Assembly: GCA_048266545.1 (NCBI GenBank)
Contig: JBLWZH010000014.1
Span: forward strand, 7,952 to 71,951
DNA: 64,000 nt
Direction: 5' to 3'
Origin: Paremcibacter sp.
Lineage (GTDB): Bacteria; Pseudomonadota; Alphaproteobacteria; Sphingomonadales; Emcibacteraceae
The translations under genes and the position numbers were made by a program. Positions 19,903 to 30,695 of the stretch are shown here, piece after piece; within the stretch, counting starts at the first letter, position 1; the number at the start of each line of letters is the position of its first letter. Below the pieces are notes generated by a model. That model saw only the letters and a list, made by a program, of their open reading frames with translations, was not told the DNA's origin and searched no databases.

Positions 19903-19949
19903 GGCCGTAAACTCATAAATATGATGCAATTCTGTATGAGTTTACGGCC
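19903..19949. terminator. perfect 15-bp hairpin between convergent ruvX and the Anbu gene
   Basis: GGCCGTAAACTCATA-N17-TATGAGTTTACGGCC. The right arm contains the Anbu stop codon. Confidence 0.55.
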
Positions 19950-20679
19950 CAGTCTTTTTCTTTGGCAGGAGCGGCTTGAATTTATTCTTGTCGGGCAATT
20001 TGGCGATCAGATCCCGAAGATGCTCATTCCACCATTGATACAGGCTCGCCATGTCATCATATTCATATAAGGCATGGCGCCAGTTTCTATCATAGGCGAA
20101 GCTTAAAATATCAATCGGATAGCCAACATCCACCGTACTGACTCGCGTTGAATCAAAGGAAAGATAGGCAATTTTAATCACAGTTTCCAAGGGAGTCTCA
20201 TACCGCAATGTCCGGTCGAGAAACGGCTTGCCAAAGGGCGTCGCGCCAATGGTCATGTAAATTGTGCGCTCGTTCATTTCGATCCAGTTGCCTTCCGGAT
20301 AAACCAGATACATGCTGGGGGTCTCGTCTTCCTCCAATTGGCCACCGATCAGCGCGTGCAGGTCAAAGCGCAGGTTTGACCGTTGCAGCGCATCCCAATC
20401 TTCATCGGCGACTTGCCGCAGAGCCTTTGTATAATAATGCAGCACATTGCGCAACAAGGGCTGATGGCATTCGCCGTCCTGCTTGCAGATATCATCAAAA
20501 TAAGCCAGGGCTTTATCCCGGATTGACCGCAGGCCGGACGTCATGATACATATTTCATGCGCGCCGATCCGGTGCATACTGACTTTCCCGGCGCTATGGG
20601 CCTGCATGCCGCTGGTCAGACGACCGTCGGCCAGGCAAACCAAGCCCTCCTTGACGCGAATTCCAAGGCAATAAGTCAT
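19942..20679 (-). CDS. proteasome-type protease (Anbu, ancestral beta-subunit family)
   Basis: Start set at MTYCLGIRVKEGLV, giving Thr immediately after Met (the N-terminal nucleophile), with AAGGAG SD upstream. Confidence 0.8.
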   Translation of the reverse strand: MTYCLGIRVKEGLVCLADGRLTSGMQAHSAGKVSMHRIGAHEICIMTSGLRSIRDKALAYFDDICKQDGECHQPLLRNVLHYYTKALRQVADEDWDALQRSNLRFDLHALIGGQLEEDETPSMYLVYPEGNWIEMNERTIYMTIGATPFGKPFLDRTLRYETPLETVIKIAYLSFDSTRVSTVDVGYPIDILSFAYDRNWRHALYEYDDMASLYQWWNEHLRDLIAKLPDKNKFKPLLPKKKTGP

Positions 20680-20953
20680 TTTGTTGCTCCTTTGCCCTGT
20701 GTTTTCTGCCGACAATCGCCTGCAGGAAAGAGCACTGGAAAATTGAGCTGATAATCGATAAAAATATATCAGATTCTATTGTATAATTCTTTGTCCTGCG
20801 ATACAATGCCCTTTATGTTGTATAGGCTCACGGGCCTTTATTTTATAGTACCGTTTTTCCTCAAGTAAGATACGTTTTCGATGGTAACCTGAACTCGCAT
20901 GTCCGTGAGTTTATGTGGCATTTTTAGTGACCCTGAAAGCAAGGAAAATCATC

Positions 20954-21247
20954 ATGCCAGAAAAACAAACCGCCAAAAAAACCGGACCTCACCTCGCCCC
21001 TGAATTAAGACGGCAGGAACTAAGTCGAATCCAGCTGCAACAAAACCAGGAAGCCTTCCAGTTACAACAGGCTCAACGTCAAGAGCTGTTGCAGGTACAG
21101 CAACAGCAAGCTCAGGAGTTGCGGCAATTGCAACAAAATCAGACGCAGCAACTGCAGCAGCTGACCCAGAAGCAACAGCAGGAAATCGAAGAGTGTTGCC
21201 AAAACCTCCGTCAGGCCACTCAATATTCAGACGACGAACAGATGTAG
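20954..21247 (+). CDS. small glutamine-rich coiled-coil protein, function unknown
   Basis: AAGGAAA SD 7 nt before the ATG at 20954 and a clean terminator downstream. By my count, 33 of 97 residues are Gln. Confidence 0.6.
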   Translation: MPEKQTAKKTGPHLAPELRRQELSRIQLQQNQEAFQLQQAQRQELLQVQQQQAQELRQLQQNQTQQLQQLTQKQQQEIEECCQNLRQATQYSDDEQM

Positions 21248-21274
21248 AATTCACGCCTATCTCATACTTCCCGG

Positions 21275-21304
21275 CCCCACCCTCTCAAGGTGGGGTTTTC
21301 TTTT
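21275..21304 (+). terminator. rho-independent terminator of the Q-rich ORF
   Basis: CCCCACC-CTCTCAA-GGTGGGG followed by TTTTCTTTT. Confidence 0.75.
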
Positions 21305-21435
21305 GCTGCCGGAAAACGCCCCTTTGGTGGTGGACGATATTCGACCGGACAACCGAATTTGACTTGCGTCCACCTACAGATGTTTCTATACAATATCTCT
21401 TCAGTGATCCATGGGATAAATATAAGGACTGAAGC

Positions 21436-22407
21436 ATGTCAACAGCCGACAACGCGGCGGACTTCGTCTTTCAACATCAGCATCTTCTGGGAATCGAAGG
21501 ATTAAAGGAACAGGACATTACCTGCATCCTTGACCTGGCCGATCAATATGTTGAGCAAAACCGGAAAACCAACAAAAAAACCAATATCCTGACCGGATTG
21601 ACGCAGATAAATCTTTTTTACGAGAATTCAACCCGCACCCGCATGTCATTTGAACTGGCCGGCAAGCGTCTCGGCGCGGATGTGATCAATATGTCGGCCA
21701 GCGGTTCGTCGATCAAGAAGGGCGAAACCCTGCTTGATACGGCATCGACCCTCAACGCCATGCGGCCCGACCTGCTGGTGGTGCGTCACGGCAATTCGGG
21801 GGCGGTCAAGCTGCTGTCGCGCAAGGTCAACTGTGCGGTGCTCAATGCCGGGGACGGCAAGCATGAGCATCCGACCCAGGCCCTGCTGGACGCGCTGACC
21901 ATTCGCCGGCGCAAGGGCAGGATCGCCCGGCTGACGGTCGCCATCTGCGGCGATGTCCTGCACAGCCGGGTCGCCCGCTCCAACATTCATCTGTTGAATA
22001 TCATGGGCGCCCGGGTCCGGGTGATCGGCCCGTCGACGCTGGCGCCCGCCTCCATTGCCGCGCTCGGGGCAGAGGTTTATCATGACATGAAGGAAGGGCT
22101 GAAAGACTGTGATATTGTCATGATGCTGCGCCTGCAGACCGAACGCATGCACGGCGGTTATTTCCCGTCGATCAGTGAATATTTCACCCTGTTCGGGCTG
22201 GATTACGAAAAACTGTCCGTCGCCCGTGAAGACGCCCTGATCATGCATCCGGGGCCGATGAATCGCGGAGTTGAAATTGACGCGGCCGTCGCCGATGACC
22301 TGACCCGAAGCGCCATCCAGGAACAAGTCGAAATGGGGGTTGCGGTGCGCATGGCCTGCCTCGACCTGCTGACCCGCAAAAAAAGAAATGCAGGAGACGA
22401 CCAATGA
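21436..22407 (+). CDS. pyrB: aspartate carbamoyltransferase catalytic subunit
   Basis: STRTR, HPTQ and HPGP motifs. 323 aa. Confidence 0.97.
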   Translation: MSTADNAADFVFQHQHLLGIEGLKEQDITCILDLADQYVEQNRKTNKKTNILTGLTQINLFYENSTRTRMSFELAGKRLGADVINMSASGSSIKKGETLLDTASTLNAMRPDLLVVRHGNSGAVKLLSRKVNCAVLNAGDGKHEHPTQALLDALTIRRRKGRIARLTVAICGDVLHSRVARSNIHLLNIMGARVRVIGPSTLAPASIAALGAEVYHDMKEGLKDCDIVMMLRLQTERMHGGYFPSISEYFTLFGLDYEKLSVAREDALIMHPGPMNRGVEIDAAVADDLTRSAIQEQVEMGVAVRMACLDLLTRKKRNAGDDQ

Positions 22408-23687
22408 GTCTCTTTACCCATTATAAAAACGCCCGACTGCTGGACCCGGCAAGCAATATGGATATGGTTGGCGAACTGTTGACCAAAAACGGCCGGATCG
22501 CCGCCATCGGAGAAGCCGTTGATGCGCCCGACATCGCCATGACCATCAATTGCAACGGCAAATGCCTCTGTCCCGGCCTGATTGACATGCGCGTCTTTGT
22601 CGGCATTCCGGGCGCCGATTACAAGGACACCATTGAAAACACCGGCGAGGCCGCAGCCGCCGGCGGCGTGACCACAGTCTGCGTGCAACCGGTGACCGAC
22701 CCGATCATTGATGATCTGGCCCGGGTTGAATATCTGGAGAACCGGGCCCGGAAAGCCAAGGCCAATTTCATCCCCTTCCCCGCCATCACCAAACAGATTG
22801 AAGGCAGGGAAATGACCGAAATCGGCCTGATGAGCAAAGCCGGCGTCAAGGCCTTCAGCGACGGCAACAAGAGCGTCGCCAATCCGGCCCTGATGACCCG
22901 GGTGCTGAAATATTCATCCATGTTCGACGCCCTGATCATCCAGCATCTGGCGGTGCCGGAATTGTCGGACAGCGGCTGCGTCAATGCCGGGGCGCTGGCG
23001 ACCCGCCTCGGCCTTCCCGGCATTCCGACGGCGGCGGAAACCATCATGCTGGAGCGCGACCTGCGGCTGTTGAAATCAACGCCCGCCCGCTATCATGCGG
23101 CGCAGATCACCTGTCAGGACAGCATCGAGGTTCTCGCCGCGGCCAAGCAGAATAAAATGACGGTTTCCGCCGGGGTGGCGGTGCCGCATTTCGCCCTAAA
23201 TGAATACGCCATCGAGGATTATCGCACATTCACCAGGCTGTCACCGCCCCTGCGGTCGGAAGACGACCGGCTGGCCGTGGTCAACGCCCTCAAGGAAGGC
23301 GTCATTGATGTCATCGTCAGCAGTCATGACCCGGAAGACCCCGAAAGCAAGCGGGTGCCGTTTGAAGTTGCCGAAACCGGCGTTATCGGTCTTGAGACCA
23401 TCCTGCCGGTTTCTCTGGAGCTTTATCATAACGGCATTATGCCGCTGCTGGATATTCTGGCCAAGATGACCTGCAATCCGGCGCGGATCCTGGGCCTGAA
23501 CAGCGGGGTGCTTAACGTCGGCGCCCCGGCCGACCTGTGTATTTTCGACCCCTATACGCCCCATAAAATCGATGCGGAAAAGATGGTTTCCCTGACCAAG
23601 AACACTCCCTTTGACGGCCGGCCCGTCCAGGGACGGGTTTTGCGCACGGTGGTCAATGGCGAAACCGTATTCGAGTATCAGAAATGA
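22404..23687 (+). CDS. pyrC: dihydroorotase-like protein (PyrC'/PyrX type)
   Basis: Amidohydrolase fold, ATGA overlap with pyrB, classical pyrB-pyrC' pairing. I cannot judge catalytic competence from the sequence alone. Confidence 0.85.
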   Translation: MSLFTHYKNARLLDPASNMDMVGELLTKNGRIAAIGEAVDAPDIAMTINCNGKCLCPGLIDMRVFVGIPGADYKDTIENTGEAAAAGGVTTVCVQPVTDPIIDDLARVEYLENRARKAKANFIPFPAITKQIEGREMTEIGLMSKAGVKAFSDGNKSVANPALMTRVLKYSSMFDALIIQHLAVPELSDSGCVNAGALATRLGLPGIPTAAETIMLERDLRLLKSTPARYHAAQITCQDSIEVLAAAKQNKMTVSAGVAVPHFALNEYAIEDYRTFTRLSPPLRSEDDRLAVVNALKEGVIDVIVSSHDPEDPESKRVPFEVAETGVIGLETILPVSLELYHNGIMPLLDILAKMTCNPARILGLNSGVLNVGAPADLCIFDPYTPHKIDAEKMVSLTKNTPFDGRPVQGRVLRTVVNGETVFEYQK

Positions 23688-24307
23688 CCGTTCTGATCAA
23701 TGACATACCGCTGAGTTATTTCCTTTTCAGTCTGGCGGGCGGCTATCTGCTGGGCTCCCTGCCCTTCGGTCTTATTCTGACGTCGATTACCGGTCAGGGC
23801 GACATCCGCGCCATCGGGTCAGGGAACATCGGCGCGACAAATGTCCTGCGCACCGGCAACAAGCGGCTGGCTTTCGCCACATTGATTCTGGATGGCGGCA
23901 AGGGGGCGGTCGCGATATGGCTCGCCCACCTGGTTTTCCAACAGCCCGATCTGCTGTATTTTGCCGGTGGCGGCGCCTTTTTCGGTCATCTCTATCCGGT
24001 TTTTCTCAAATTCAAGGGTGGCAAAGGGGTCGCCACCTTCCTTGGCGTCCTGCTCGCCCTTCACTGGCCGCTGGGCATTGCCAGCTGCCTGGCCTGGGCG
24101 CTGAGTACGGCTGTCTTCCGCATCTCCTCCCTGTCGGCCCTGATCGCCGCGGCGATTGCGCCGCTGCTGGGCTTTTTTATCTTCGATAATGTGAATATTA
24201 CCCTTTTTGCGGGTATTTTATGTATAATGATCTTTATTCGACATAAGGATAATATCAAAAGGCTCGCCGCCGGCGCCGAACCCAGGATCGGCAAAAAACC
24301 GGGATAA
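23684..24307 (+). CDS. plsY: glycerol-3-phosphate acyltransferase PlsY
   Basis: GSGNIGATNVLRTG and FKGGKGVAT motifs. ATGA overlap with pyrC'. Confidence 0.95.
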   Translation: MTVLINDIPLSYFLFSLAGGYLLGSLPFGLILTSITGQGDIRAIGSGNIGATNVLRTGNKRLAFATLILDGGKGAVAIWLAHLVFQQPDLLYFAGGGAFFGHLYPVFLKFKGGKGVATFLGVLLALHWPLGIASCLAWALSTAVFRISSLSALIAAAIAPLLGFFIFDNVNITLFAGILCIMIFIRHKDNIKRLAAGAEPRIGKKPG

Positions 24308-24328
24308 ACAAGATATTGGGGGGATTGA

Positions 24329-25462
24329 ATGTCAGATACCGCGCAGAAAAAGGCCCTTCACCAGGACGAAAAAATCGCCCGGCTGCGGTTAATTCGCACC
24401 GAAAATGTCGGGCCGGTGACCTTTCGTCATCTGCTGTCCAGATATAAAACCGCCGAAAACGCTCTCAATATCCTGCCGGAATTGGCCCGGCGCGGCGGCC
24501 GGAAAAAGCCATTGATCGCCGCCAGAAAAGCCGACATTCTGAATGAGATCAACCAGCTTGATGAAATGGGCGGGTCACTTGTCGTATATGGCGATCAATG
24601 CTATCCCGACGCCCTCATGGCGACGGAGGACGCGCCGCCGGTGCTGATGGCGATCGGCCATACCCATCTGCTGGAGCGCAATAATTTTGCGATCGTCGGC
24701 GCCCGCAACTGCTCCGCCGTCGGCACCAGGCTCGCGACATCGCTGGCCCGCGATATTGGCCGGAACGGGTATGTCATTTCCTCCGGCATGGCGCGGGGCA
24801 TTGATACGGCCGTGCATCAGGGCGCTCTGGAAAACGGCACGATCGCCGTGCTCGCCGGCGGCATAGACGTGATTTATCCGCGCGAAAACGACCGGCTGTA
24901 TCAGGAGATTGTCAACCGCGGCCTGGTCCTGTCCGAAATGCCCCTTGGCACCCAGCCGCAGGCCCGGCATTTCCCGCGCCGCAACCGGATTATCTCCGGC
25001 CTTGCGCTGGGACTTCTGGTGGTCGAGGCGACCCATAAATCGGGCTCGCTGATTACCGCGCGCCTGGCGCTGGAACAGGGCCGCGAGGTTTTCGCCGTGC
25101 CCGGCTCTCCCCTTGACCCCCGGGCCCGGGGTCCCAATGAACTGATCCGTCAGGGGGCGGTTCTGGTGGAAAACGCCGAAGATATTCTGGATGTTCTGCG
25201 CCATATGGATCGTAAAATCATCGCCGAACCCCAATATAATCTTTTTGACAGCCCGGGAGTTGCAGCCGATATGGATCAAGAACAGGATCTTGCCGCCATT
25301 CGGGGCGTTATCCGCGACAAATTAAGCCATACGCCGACCCCGATAGACGACCTGATCAGAATGACGGAATTCAGCCCCGCCGAGGTGCAGTCGGTCCTGC
25401 TGGAGCTGGAACTGGCCGGAGAAATTCACCGTTATCCCGGAAACAGGGTAGCTTTTTCCTGA
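24329..25462 (+). CDS. dprA: DNA-processing protein DprA (Smf)
   Basis: The blocks IVGARNCS..G...A..LA..L...G..ISSGMARGIDTAVHQGAL match the Rossmann-like DprA core. Confidence 0.93.
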   Translation: MSDTAQKKALHQDEKIARLRLIRTENVGPVTFRHLLSRYKTAENALNILPELARRGGRKKPLIAARKADILNEINQLDEMGGSLVVYGDQCYPDALMATEDAPPVLMAIGHTHLLERNNFAIVGARNCSAVGTRLATSLARDIGRNGYVISSGMARGIDTAVHQGALENGTIAVLAGGIDVIYPRENDRLYQEIVNRGLVLSEMPLGTQPQARHFPRRNRIISGLALGLLVVEATHKSGSLITARLALEQGREVFAVPGSPLDPRARGPNELIRQGAVLVENAEDILDVLRHMDRKIIAEPQYNLFDSPGVAADMDQEQDLAAIRGVIRDKLSHTPTPIDDLIRMTEFSPAEVQSVLLELELAGEIHRYPGNRVAFS

Positions 25463-25517
25463 ACAAAGAGGTAAAAGCCCTTAGTTTCAGGAAATTTAAT
25501 TACTATAGATATTACTT

Positions 25518-28112
25518 ATGAAAACGGTTGTTGTAGAATCTCCGGCGAAAGCCAAGACAATTAATAAATATCTCGGCAAGGATTACAAGGTCCTCGCCAG
25601 CTTTGGGCATGTCCGCGACCTGCCCTCAAAAAATGGCTCCGTCGATCCTGATCAGGACTTCGCCATGGTCTGGGAGGTGGACAGCGACAGCAAAAAACGG
25701 ATCAAGGATATTGCCGACGCCACCAAATCGTCAGAGGAACTCATTCTCGCCACCGACCCCGACCGCGAGGGAGAGGCCATTTCCTGGCATGTTCTGGAAC
25801 TGTTGAAGAACAAACGCGGCGTGATGAAAGACGTCAGGGTCAAGCGGGTGGTCTTTAATGAAATCACCAAAAGCGCCATTTTGAAGGCGATGGACACCCC
25901 GCGGGATATTGATGAACCGCTGGTTGACGCCTATCTTGCGCGCCGGGCGCTGGATTATCTCGTCGGTTTTAACCTGTCGCCGGTATTATGGCGCAAGCTG
26001 CCGGGATCCCGTTCCGCCGGCCGGGTCCAGTCGGTTTCCCTGCGTCTGATCTGTGACCGGGAGCTGGAGATTGAACAATTCAAGACCGAAGAATACTGGT
26101 CCATTGATGTTAACCTGTCCAATCAGGCCAAAGAGAAATTCACCGCCCGCCTTGCCCTGCTTAACGGCAAAAAACTGCAGAAATTCTCCCTGACCACAGC
26201 CGAAGCGGCCGGGGCGGCCGAAAAGACCATCAGGGACTCCCGCTTCACCATCGCCGATGTTGAAAGCAAACCCGCCAAAAGATACCCGGCGCCCCCGTTC
26301 ACCACATCGACCCTGCAGCAGGAAGCGGCCCGCAAACTGGGCTTTAACGCCCAGCGCACCATGCGCTGCGCCCAGAAACTTTATGAAGGAATTGACATTG
26401 GCGGGGAAACGGTGGGCCTGATTACCTATATGCGAACCGACGGCGTCTCCATCGCCCAGGAAGCCATTCACGGCTGCCGGGATGTTATCGCCCGGGAATA
26501 TGGCGACCGTTATGTGCCGGCGAAACCGCGGCTCTACAAGTCCAAGGCCAAAAACGCCCAGGAGGCCCATGAAGCGGTGCGGCCGACCGATATGGGCCGC
26601 CTGCCGAAAACTATCGCCGCCCGTCTTGATGACGATCAGCGGCGGCTTTATGAACTGATCTGGAAGCGAACCGTCGCCAGCCAGATGGCCGAGGCGAATT
26701 TTGAGCGGACGACGGCGAATATTCTTTCCGAGGACGGCAAGACCGGCCTCAGGGCCACCGGATCGGTTCAGGTTTTTGACGGCTTTTTGAAGCTCTATCA
26801 GGAAGGCCGCGATGATGCCGAAACGGATGACAGTGACAAGCGGCTGCCGAAACTGACCACCGGCGAGGACGTCAATCAGGAAAAAGTCATCGCCAATCAG
26901 CATTTCACCGAACCGCCGCCCCGCTTCACCGAAGCCTCCCTGGTCAAGAAAATGGAAGAACTCGGCATTGGCCGTCCGTCGACCTACGCCTCCGTCCTGA
27001 CCGTCCTGCGCGACCGTAATTACGTCGCCATGGACAAGAATCGCTTTGTCCCCGAAGACAAGGGCCGGCTGGTGATCGCCTTTCTGGAGAATTATTTCGC
27101 CAAATATGTCGAATATGACTTCACCGCCAACATGGAGGAACTGCTCGATAAAATCTCCAACGGCGATATTCCGTGGAAAAAGGTTTTGGCCGATTTCTGG
27201 CGCGAATTTCATGATGCGATCGACGGGACAAAGGAACTACGCGTTTCAGAGGTCCTGGAGCGACTCAATCAGGTCCTGGCGCCCTTTGTGTTCCCTGAAA
27301 AGGAAGATGGCTCAAACCCGCGCGCCTGTCCAAAATGCGATGACGGAACCCTGAGCTTGAAAACCAGCCGTTACGGCGCCTTCATCGGCTGTTCTAATTA
27401 TCCGGAGTGCGGCTACACCCGCAAGATGAACAACGGCAACGGCGAAGACGCCGGCGACGATGGCACCCGGGTTCTGGGCATCGATCCTGAAACGGAGATG
27501 GAGGTCACAACACGGACAGGCCGCTTTGGCCCTTACGTGCAGCTGGGCGAACCGGTGGACAAATCCGAAAAGCCCAAACGCGCCTCCATCCCCAAGGGCA
27601 TGGATGCGGCGACCATCAACCTGGAAAAAGCCCTGAAGCTTTTGTCCCTGCCGCGAACGGTCGGAGATCATCCGGAAGACGGCAAGGTGATCAAGACCGC
27701 CATCGGCCGCTACGGCCCCTATGTTTCCCATGCCGGCCTGTTCGCCAGCCTGAAGGACCCGGAAGATGTCTTTAATCTCGGCATCAATCGCGCCGTTGAC
27801 CTGCTGGCCGAGGCGAAAAAGAAAAAAGGCGGCGCCGCCGAACCGCTCAAAGAACTGGGCGCCCATCCGGAAGACGGCGAACCAATTAATGTTTACGACG
27901 GTCGCTATGGTCCCTATGTTAAACATAAAAGAACCAACGCCACCATTCCCAAGGACAAGGACCCGATGGCGGTCACCCTTGAGGAAGCGGTTGAACTGAT
28001 CAAGGCGCGGGCGGCCAAGGGCAAGAAGAAACCGGCCAAAAAAGCCACAGCAAAGAAACCGGCCGCCAAGAAAACCGCCCCTAAGAAAACACCGGTAAAA
28101 AGCAAGAGTTGA
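25518..28112 (+). CDS. topA: DNA topoisomerase I
   Basis: TOPRIM N-terminus (VVESPAKAKTI), catalytic-Tyr region (ITYMRTD), C-terminal Zn ribbon (CPKCDDG...CSNYPEC) and a Lys-rich tail. Confidence 0.97.
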   Translation: MKTVVVESPAKAKTINKYLGKDYKVLASFGHVRDLPSKNGSVDPDQDFAMVWEVDSDSKKRIKDIADATKSSEELILATDPDREGEAISWHVLELLKNKRGVMKDVRVKRVVFNEITKSAILKAMDTPRDIDEPLVDAYLARRALDYLVGFNLSPVLWRKLPGSRSAGRVQSVSLRLICDRELEIEQFKTEEYWSIDVNLSNQAKEKFTARLALLNGKKLQKFSLTTAEAAGAAEKTIRDSRFTIADVESKPAKRYPAPPFTTSTLQQEAARKLGFNAQRTMRCAQKLYEGIDIGGETVGLITYMRTDGVSIAQEAIHGCRDVIAREYGDRYVPAKPRLYKSKAKNAQEAHEAVRPTDMGRLPKTIAARLDDDQRRLYELIWKRTVASQMAEANFERTTANILSEDGKTGLRATGSVQVFDGFLKLYQEGRDDAETDDSDKRLPKLTTGEDVNQEKVIANQHFTEPPPRFTEASLVKKMEELGIGRPSTYASVLTVLRDRNYVAMDKNRFVPEDKGRLVIAFLENYFAKYVEYDFTANMEELLDKISNGDIPWKKVLADFWREFHDAIDGTKELRVSEVLERLNQVLAPFVFPEKEDGSNPRACPKCDDGTLSLKTSRYGAFIGCSNYPECGYTRKMNNGNGEDAGDDGTRVLGIDPETEMEVTTRTGRFGPYVQLGEPVDKSEKPKRASIPKGMDAATINLEKALKLLSLPRTVGDHPEDGKVIKTAIGRYGPYVSHAGLFASLKDPEDVFNLGINRAVDLLAEAKKKKGGAAEPLKELGAHPEDGEPINVYDGRYGPYVKHKRTNATIPKDKDPMAVTLEEAVELIKARAAKGKKKPAKKATAKKPAAKKTAPKKTPVKSKS

Positions 28113-28134
28113 CCCAAAACGCAAGAAGTTGACA

Positions 28135-30408
28135 ATGGCAAAACAGACAGACCGTCCCTTTCCTTCGAAAGCCGACATTCTGACCTACGTAAAGGACAAC
28201 CCGGGCAAGCTGTCGAAGCGCGATATTGCCCGGGCTTTTCATATTCGGGGCGATCAGCGCATGGCGTTGAAAAAGCTGCTGCGGGAAATGACCGACGAAG
28301 GTCTGCTCGACAAAGGCCATAAGGGACGAATTCATGCCGGGGGCGACCTGCCGCCGGTGTCGGTTGTCGAGGTCACCGGGATTGACAGGATGGGCGACCT
28401 GATGGCGCAGCCGGTCAACTGGCCGCCGAAGGGAAGTTCAGAGACAACACCGCCGCCGATCACCATTTTCGCCGATGACAAACGCGGCAATCTTGGCCTT
28501 CGGGATCAGGCCCTTGTCCGCCTGAGCCGCGACCGGGACAGCCGGTCCGTCGCCTATGTCGCGCGGGTGATCCGCAAGCTTGAACGCGCCAGCAGCCTGG
28601 TGATGGGCATCTTCCACCGGGAAGACGACAATACCGCCTTTGTCCAGCCCACCGATAAAAAAGACCGCAATCAATATGTTATCGCCAAAAAGGACTGGCA
28701 TGACGCTCGGGACGGCGAGCTGGTGCTGGTCGACGTCCGCCAGCCCAAAGCCGGCCGCCGCCATATGGGACCGAAACGGGCCAGTGTCAAGGAATGCCTC
28801 GGCACCCTGGATGATCCGAAGTCAATCAGCCTGATCGCCATTCATTCTCACGGCATTCTGACCGAATTTTCCGACCAGGCCCTGATTGAGGCGGAAAAAT
28901 CAATTCCGCCCGCCCTCGGCAACCGCGCCGACCTGCGCCGGATTCCGCTGATCACGGTCGATCCGGCCGACGCCCGCGATCATGATGACGCCATCTGGGC
29001 CGAAAAAGACTCAGACTCCGCCAACGCCGGCGGTTGGCATGTCATTGTCGCGATCGCCGATGTCGCCCATTACGTCCCCCCGGGATCGGCGCTGGAGCAG
29101 GACGCCTGGAAGCGGGGCAATTCAACCTATTTTCCCGACCGGGTCGTGCCCATGCTGCCCGAGGCGCTGTCCAACGGCCTCTGTTCCCTGAAGGAAGGCG
29201 AAGACCGCTATACGCTGGCCGTTCATATGTGGTTCGACAGGCGCGGCAAGAAAATCCGCCATAAATTCGTCCGCGGCCTGATGCGCTCCGCAGCGGGCCT
29301 GTCCTATGACGAATTTCAGAACGCCCATGACGGGACGGTCAGTGAAAAGGCCGCCCCGCTGCTGAAATCGGTGATCGAGCCGCTGTACGGCGCCTTTGAC
29401 TGCCTGAAAAGGGGCCGCGATTACCGGGAGCCCCTTGACCTTGTGGTGCCGGAGCGCAAGATTGAACTGGATGACAAGGGAACTGTCACCGGCATTCATC
29501 CCCGCAAGTCTCTTGCCGCCCACAAGCTGGTCGAGGAGTTCATGATTCAGGCCAATGTCGCGGCGGCGGAAGAGCTGGAGCTCAAGGGCTGGCCCTGCGT
29601 CTATCGGGTTCATGAACAGCCCAGCGAGGAAAAACTCCATAACCTGCGCGAATTTTTGGCCAGCCTCGGCTACAGCTTCGCCAAGGGGATGGTTCAGCGG
29701 CCCAAATTATTCAACAATATCCTGCGCAAGGTGGAAGACAGCCCTCATGAGGATGTGATCAATGTCATCATCCTGCGCACCCAGTCGCAGGCTGTCTACA
29801 GCACGGACAACCTGGGCCATTTTGGCCTGTCCCTCGCCCGCTACGCCCATTTCACCTCGCCCATTCGCCGTTATGCCGACCTGATGGTTCATCGGGCGCT
29901 GATCGGCGCCCTGAAGCTCGGCAAGGACGGTCTGGGCAAGCTTGACCGGGAAAAGCTCGCCGAAACAGCCGAACATATCAGCAAGACCGAACGGATTTCC
30001 ATGGTCGCCGAACGGGAATGCACCGACCGTTATGTCGCCGCCTTCATGGCCAGGCATGTCGGCGAAGACTTCAACGCGAAAATCGCCGGCGTCAGCCGCG
30101 CCGGGCTGTTCGTCACCTTTGACGAAAGTGGCGGCGACGGTTTTATCCCGGTGTCGTCAATGGTCGGCGATTATTTCAATTTCGACAAGGAGTTGCACCT
30201 TCTGGAAGGGGAATATACCGGCGCGGTCTATCAATTGGGGGATACGGTCCGCGTGCGCCTGAAAGAAGCCAATCCGATGACCGGCGGGCTGTTATGCCAG
30301 CTGATCGATGAAAAACGAACCGAGAAATCCGGCGCGAAAAAAACCCGTTCAAAGCGGGGACGACGTCAAGGGGGCGGCCCCGACAAAAGGCAAAAGCGGA
30401 AAAGATAG
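28135..30408 (+). CDS. rnr: ribonuclease R
   Basis: RNB domain (DPADARDHDDAIW, HFGL...YAHFTSPIRRYADL), S1 domain and basic tail. The ORF track starts at TTG 28129; ATG 28135 (MAKQTD) is more likely. Confidence 0.95.
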   Translation: MAKQTDRPFPSKADILTYVKDNPGKLSKRDIARAFHIRGDQRMALKKLLREMTDEGLLDKGHKGRIHAGGDLPPVSVVEVTGIDRMGDLMAQPVNWPPKGSSETTPPPITIFADDKRGNLGLRDQALVRLSRDRDSRSVAYVARVIRKLERASSLVMGIFHREDDNTAFVQPTDKKDRNQYVIAKKDWHDARDGELVLVDVRQPKAGRRHMGPKRASVKECLGTLDDPKSISLIAIHSHGILTEFSDQALIEAEKSIPPALGNRADLRRIPLITVDPADARDHDDAIWAEKDSDSANAGGWHVIVAIADVAHYVPPGSALEQDAWKRGNSTYFPDRVVPMLPEALSNGLCSLKEGEDRYTLAVHMWFDRRGKKIRHKFVRGLMRSAAGLSYDEFQNAHDGTVSEKAAPLLKSVIEPLYGAFDCLKRGRDYREPLDLVVPERKIELDDKGTVTGIHPRKSLAAHKLVEEFMIQANVAAAEELELKGWPCVYRVHEQPSEEKLHNLREFLASLGYSFAKGMVQRPKLFNNILRKVEDSPHEDVINVIILRTQSQAVYSTDNLGHFGLSLARYAHFTSPIRRYADLMVHRALIGALKLGKDGLGKLDREKLAETAEHISKTERISMVAERECTDRYVAAFMARHVGEDFNAKIAGVSRAGLFVTFDESGGDGFIPVSSMVGDYFNFDKELHLLEGEYTGAVYQLGDTVRVRLKEANPMTGGLLCQLIDEKRTEKSGAKKTRSKRGRRQGGGPDKRQKRKR

Positions 30409-30436
30409 AAATATCACTCATTTTCGCGGCTTTTGC

Positions 30437-30464
30437 TTGACTTGAACGCCAATAGCTGTATTTT
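30437..30464 (+). promoter_or_regulatory. candidate sigma70-type promoter of rpmG
   Basis: TTGACT - 16 nt - TATTTT, about 40 nt upstream of the ATG. Confidence 0.35.
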
Positions 30465-30504
30465 CCCCTCACGTATTTTGGAATTTAAGAATTGGAGCCG
30501 GGGA

Positions 30505-30672
30505 ATGGCGAAACCTACCGTTGTTAAAATTAAACTCGTCAGCACTGCTGGGACTGGTTATTATTATGTAACCAAGAAAAACCCGCGTAATATTACGGAA
30601 AAAATGGTTCTCCGTAAATATGATCCTGTTGTGCGCAAGCATGTGGAGTTCAAGGAACATAAAATCAAATAG
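30505..30672 (+). CDS. rpmG: 50S ribosomal protein L33
   Basis: [61 protein letters not shown] upstream. Confidence 0.97.
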   Translation: MAKPTVVKIKLVSTAGTGYYYVTKKNPRNITEKMVLRKYDPVVRKHVEFKEHKIK

Positions 30673-30695
30673 TTTTATGTCCGGCACAGATGTTC

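Noticed and set aside
20952-21254. 100-aa ORF antisense to the Q-rich gene
   Set aside because: It is a by-product of CAG/CAA repeats read on the other strand (CTG/TTG gives an Ala/Val/Leu-like frame). The SD and the terminator fit the + strand gene only.
25986-28178. 408-aa and 288-aa ORFs on the - strand
   Set aside because: They are antisense to topA, whose frame has TOPRIM, active-site Tyr and Zn-ribbon motifs.
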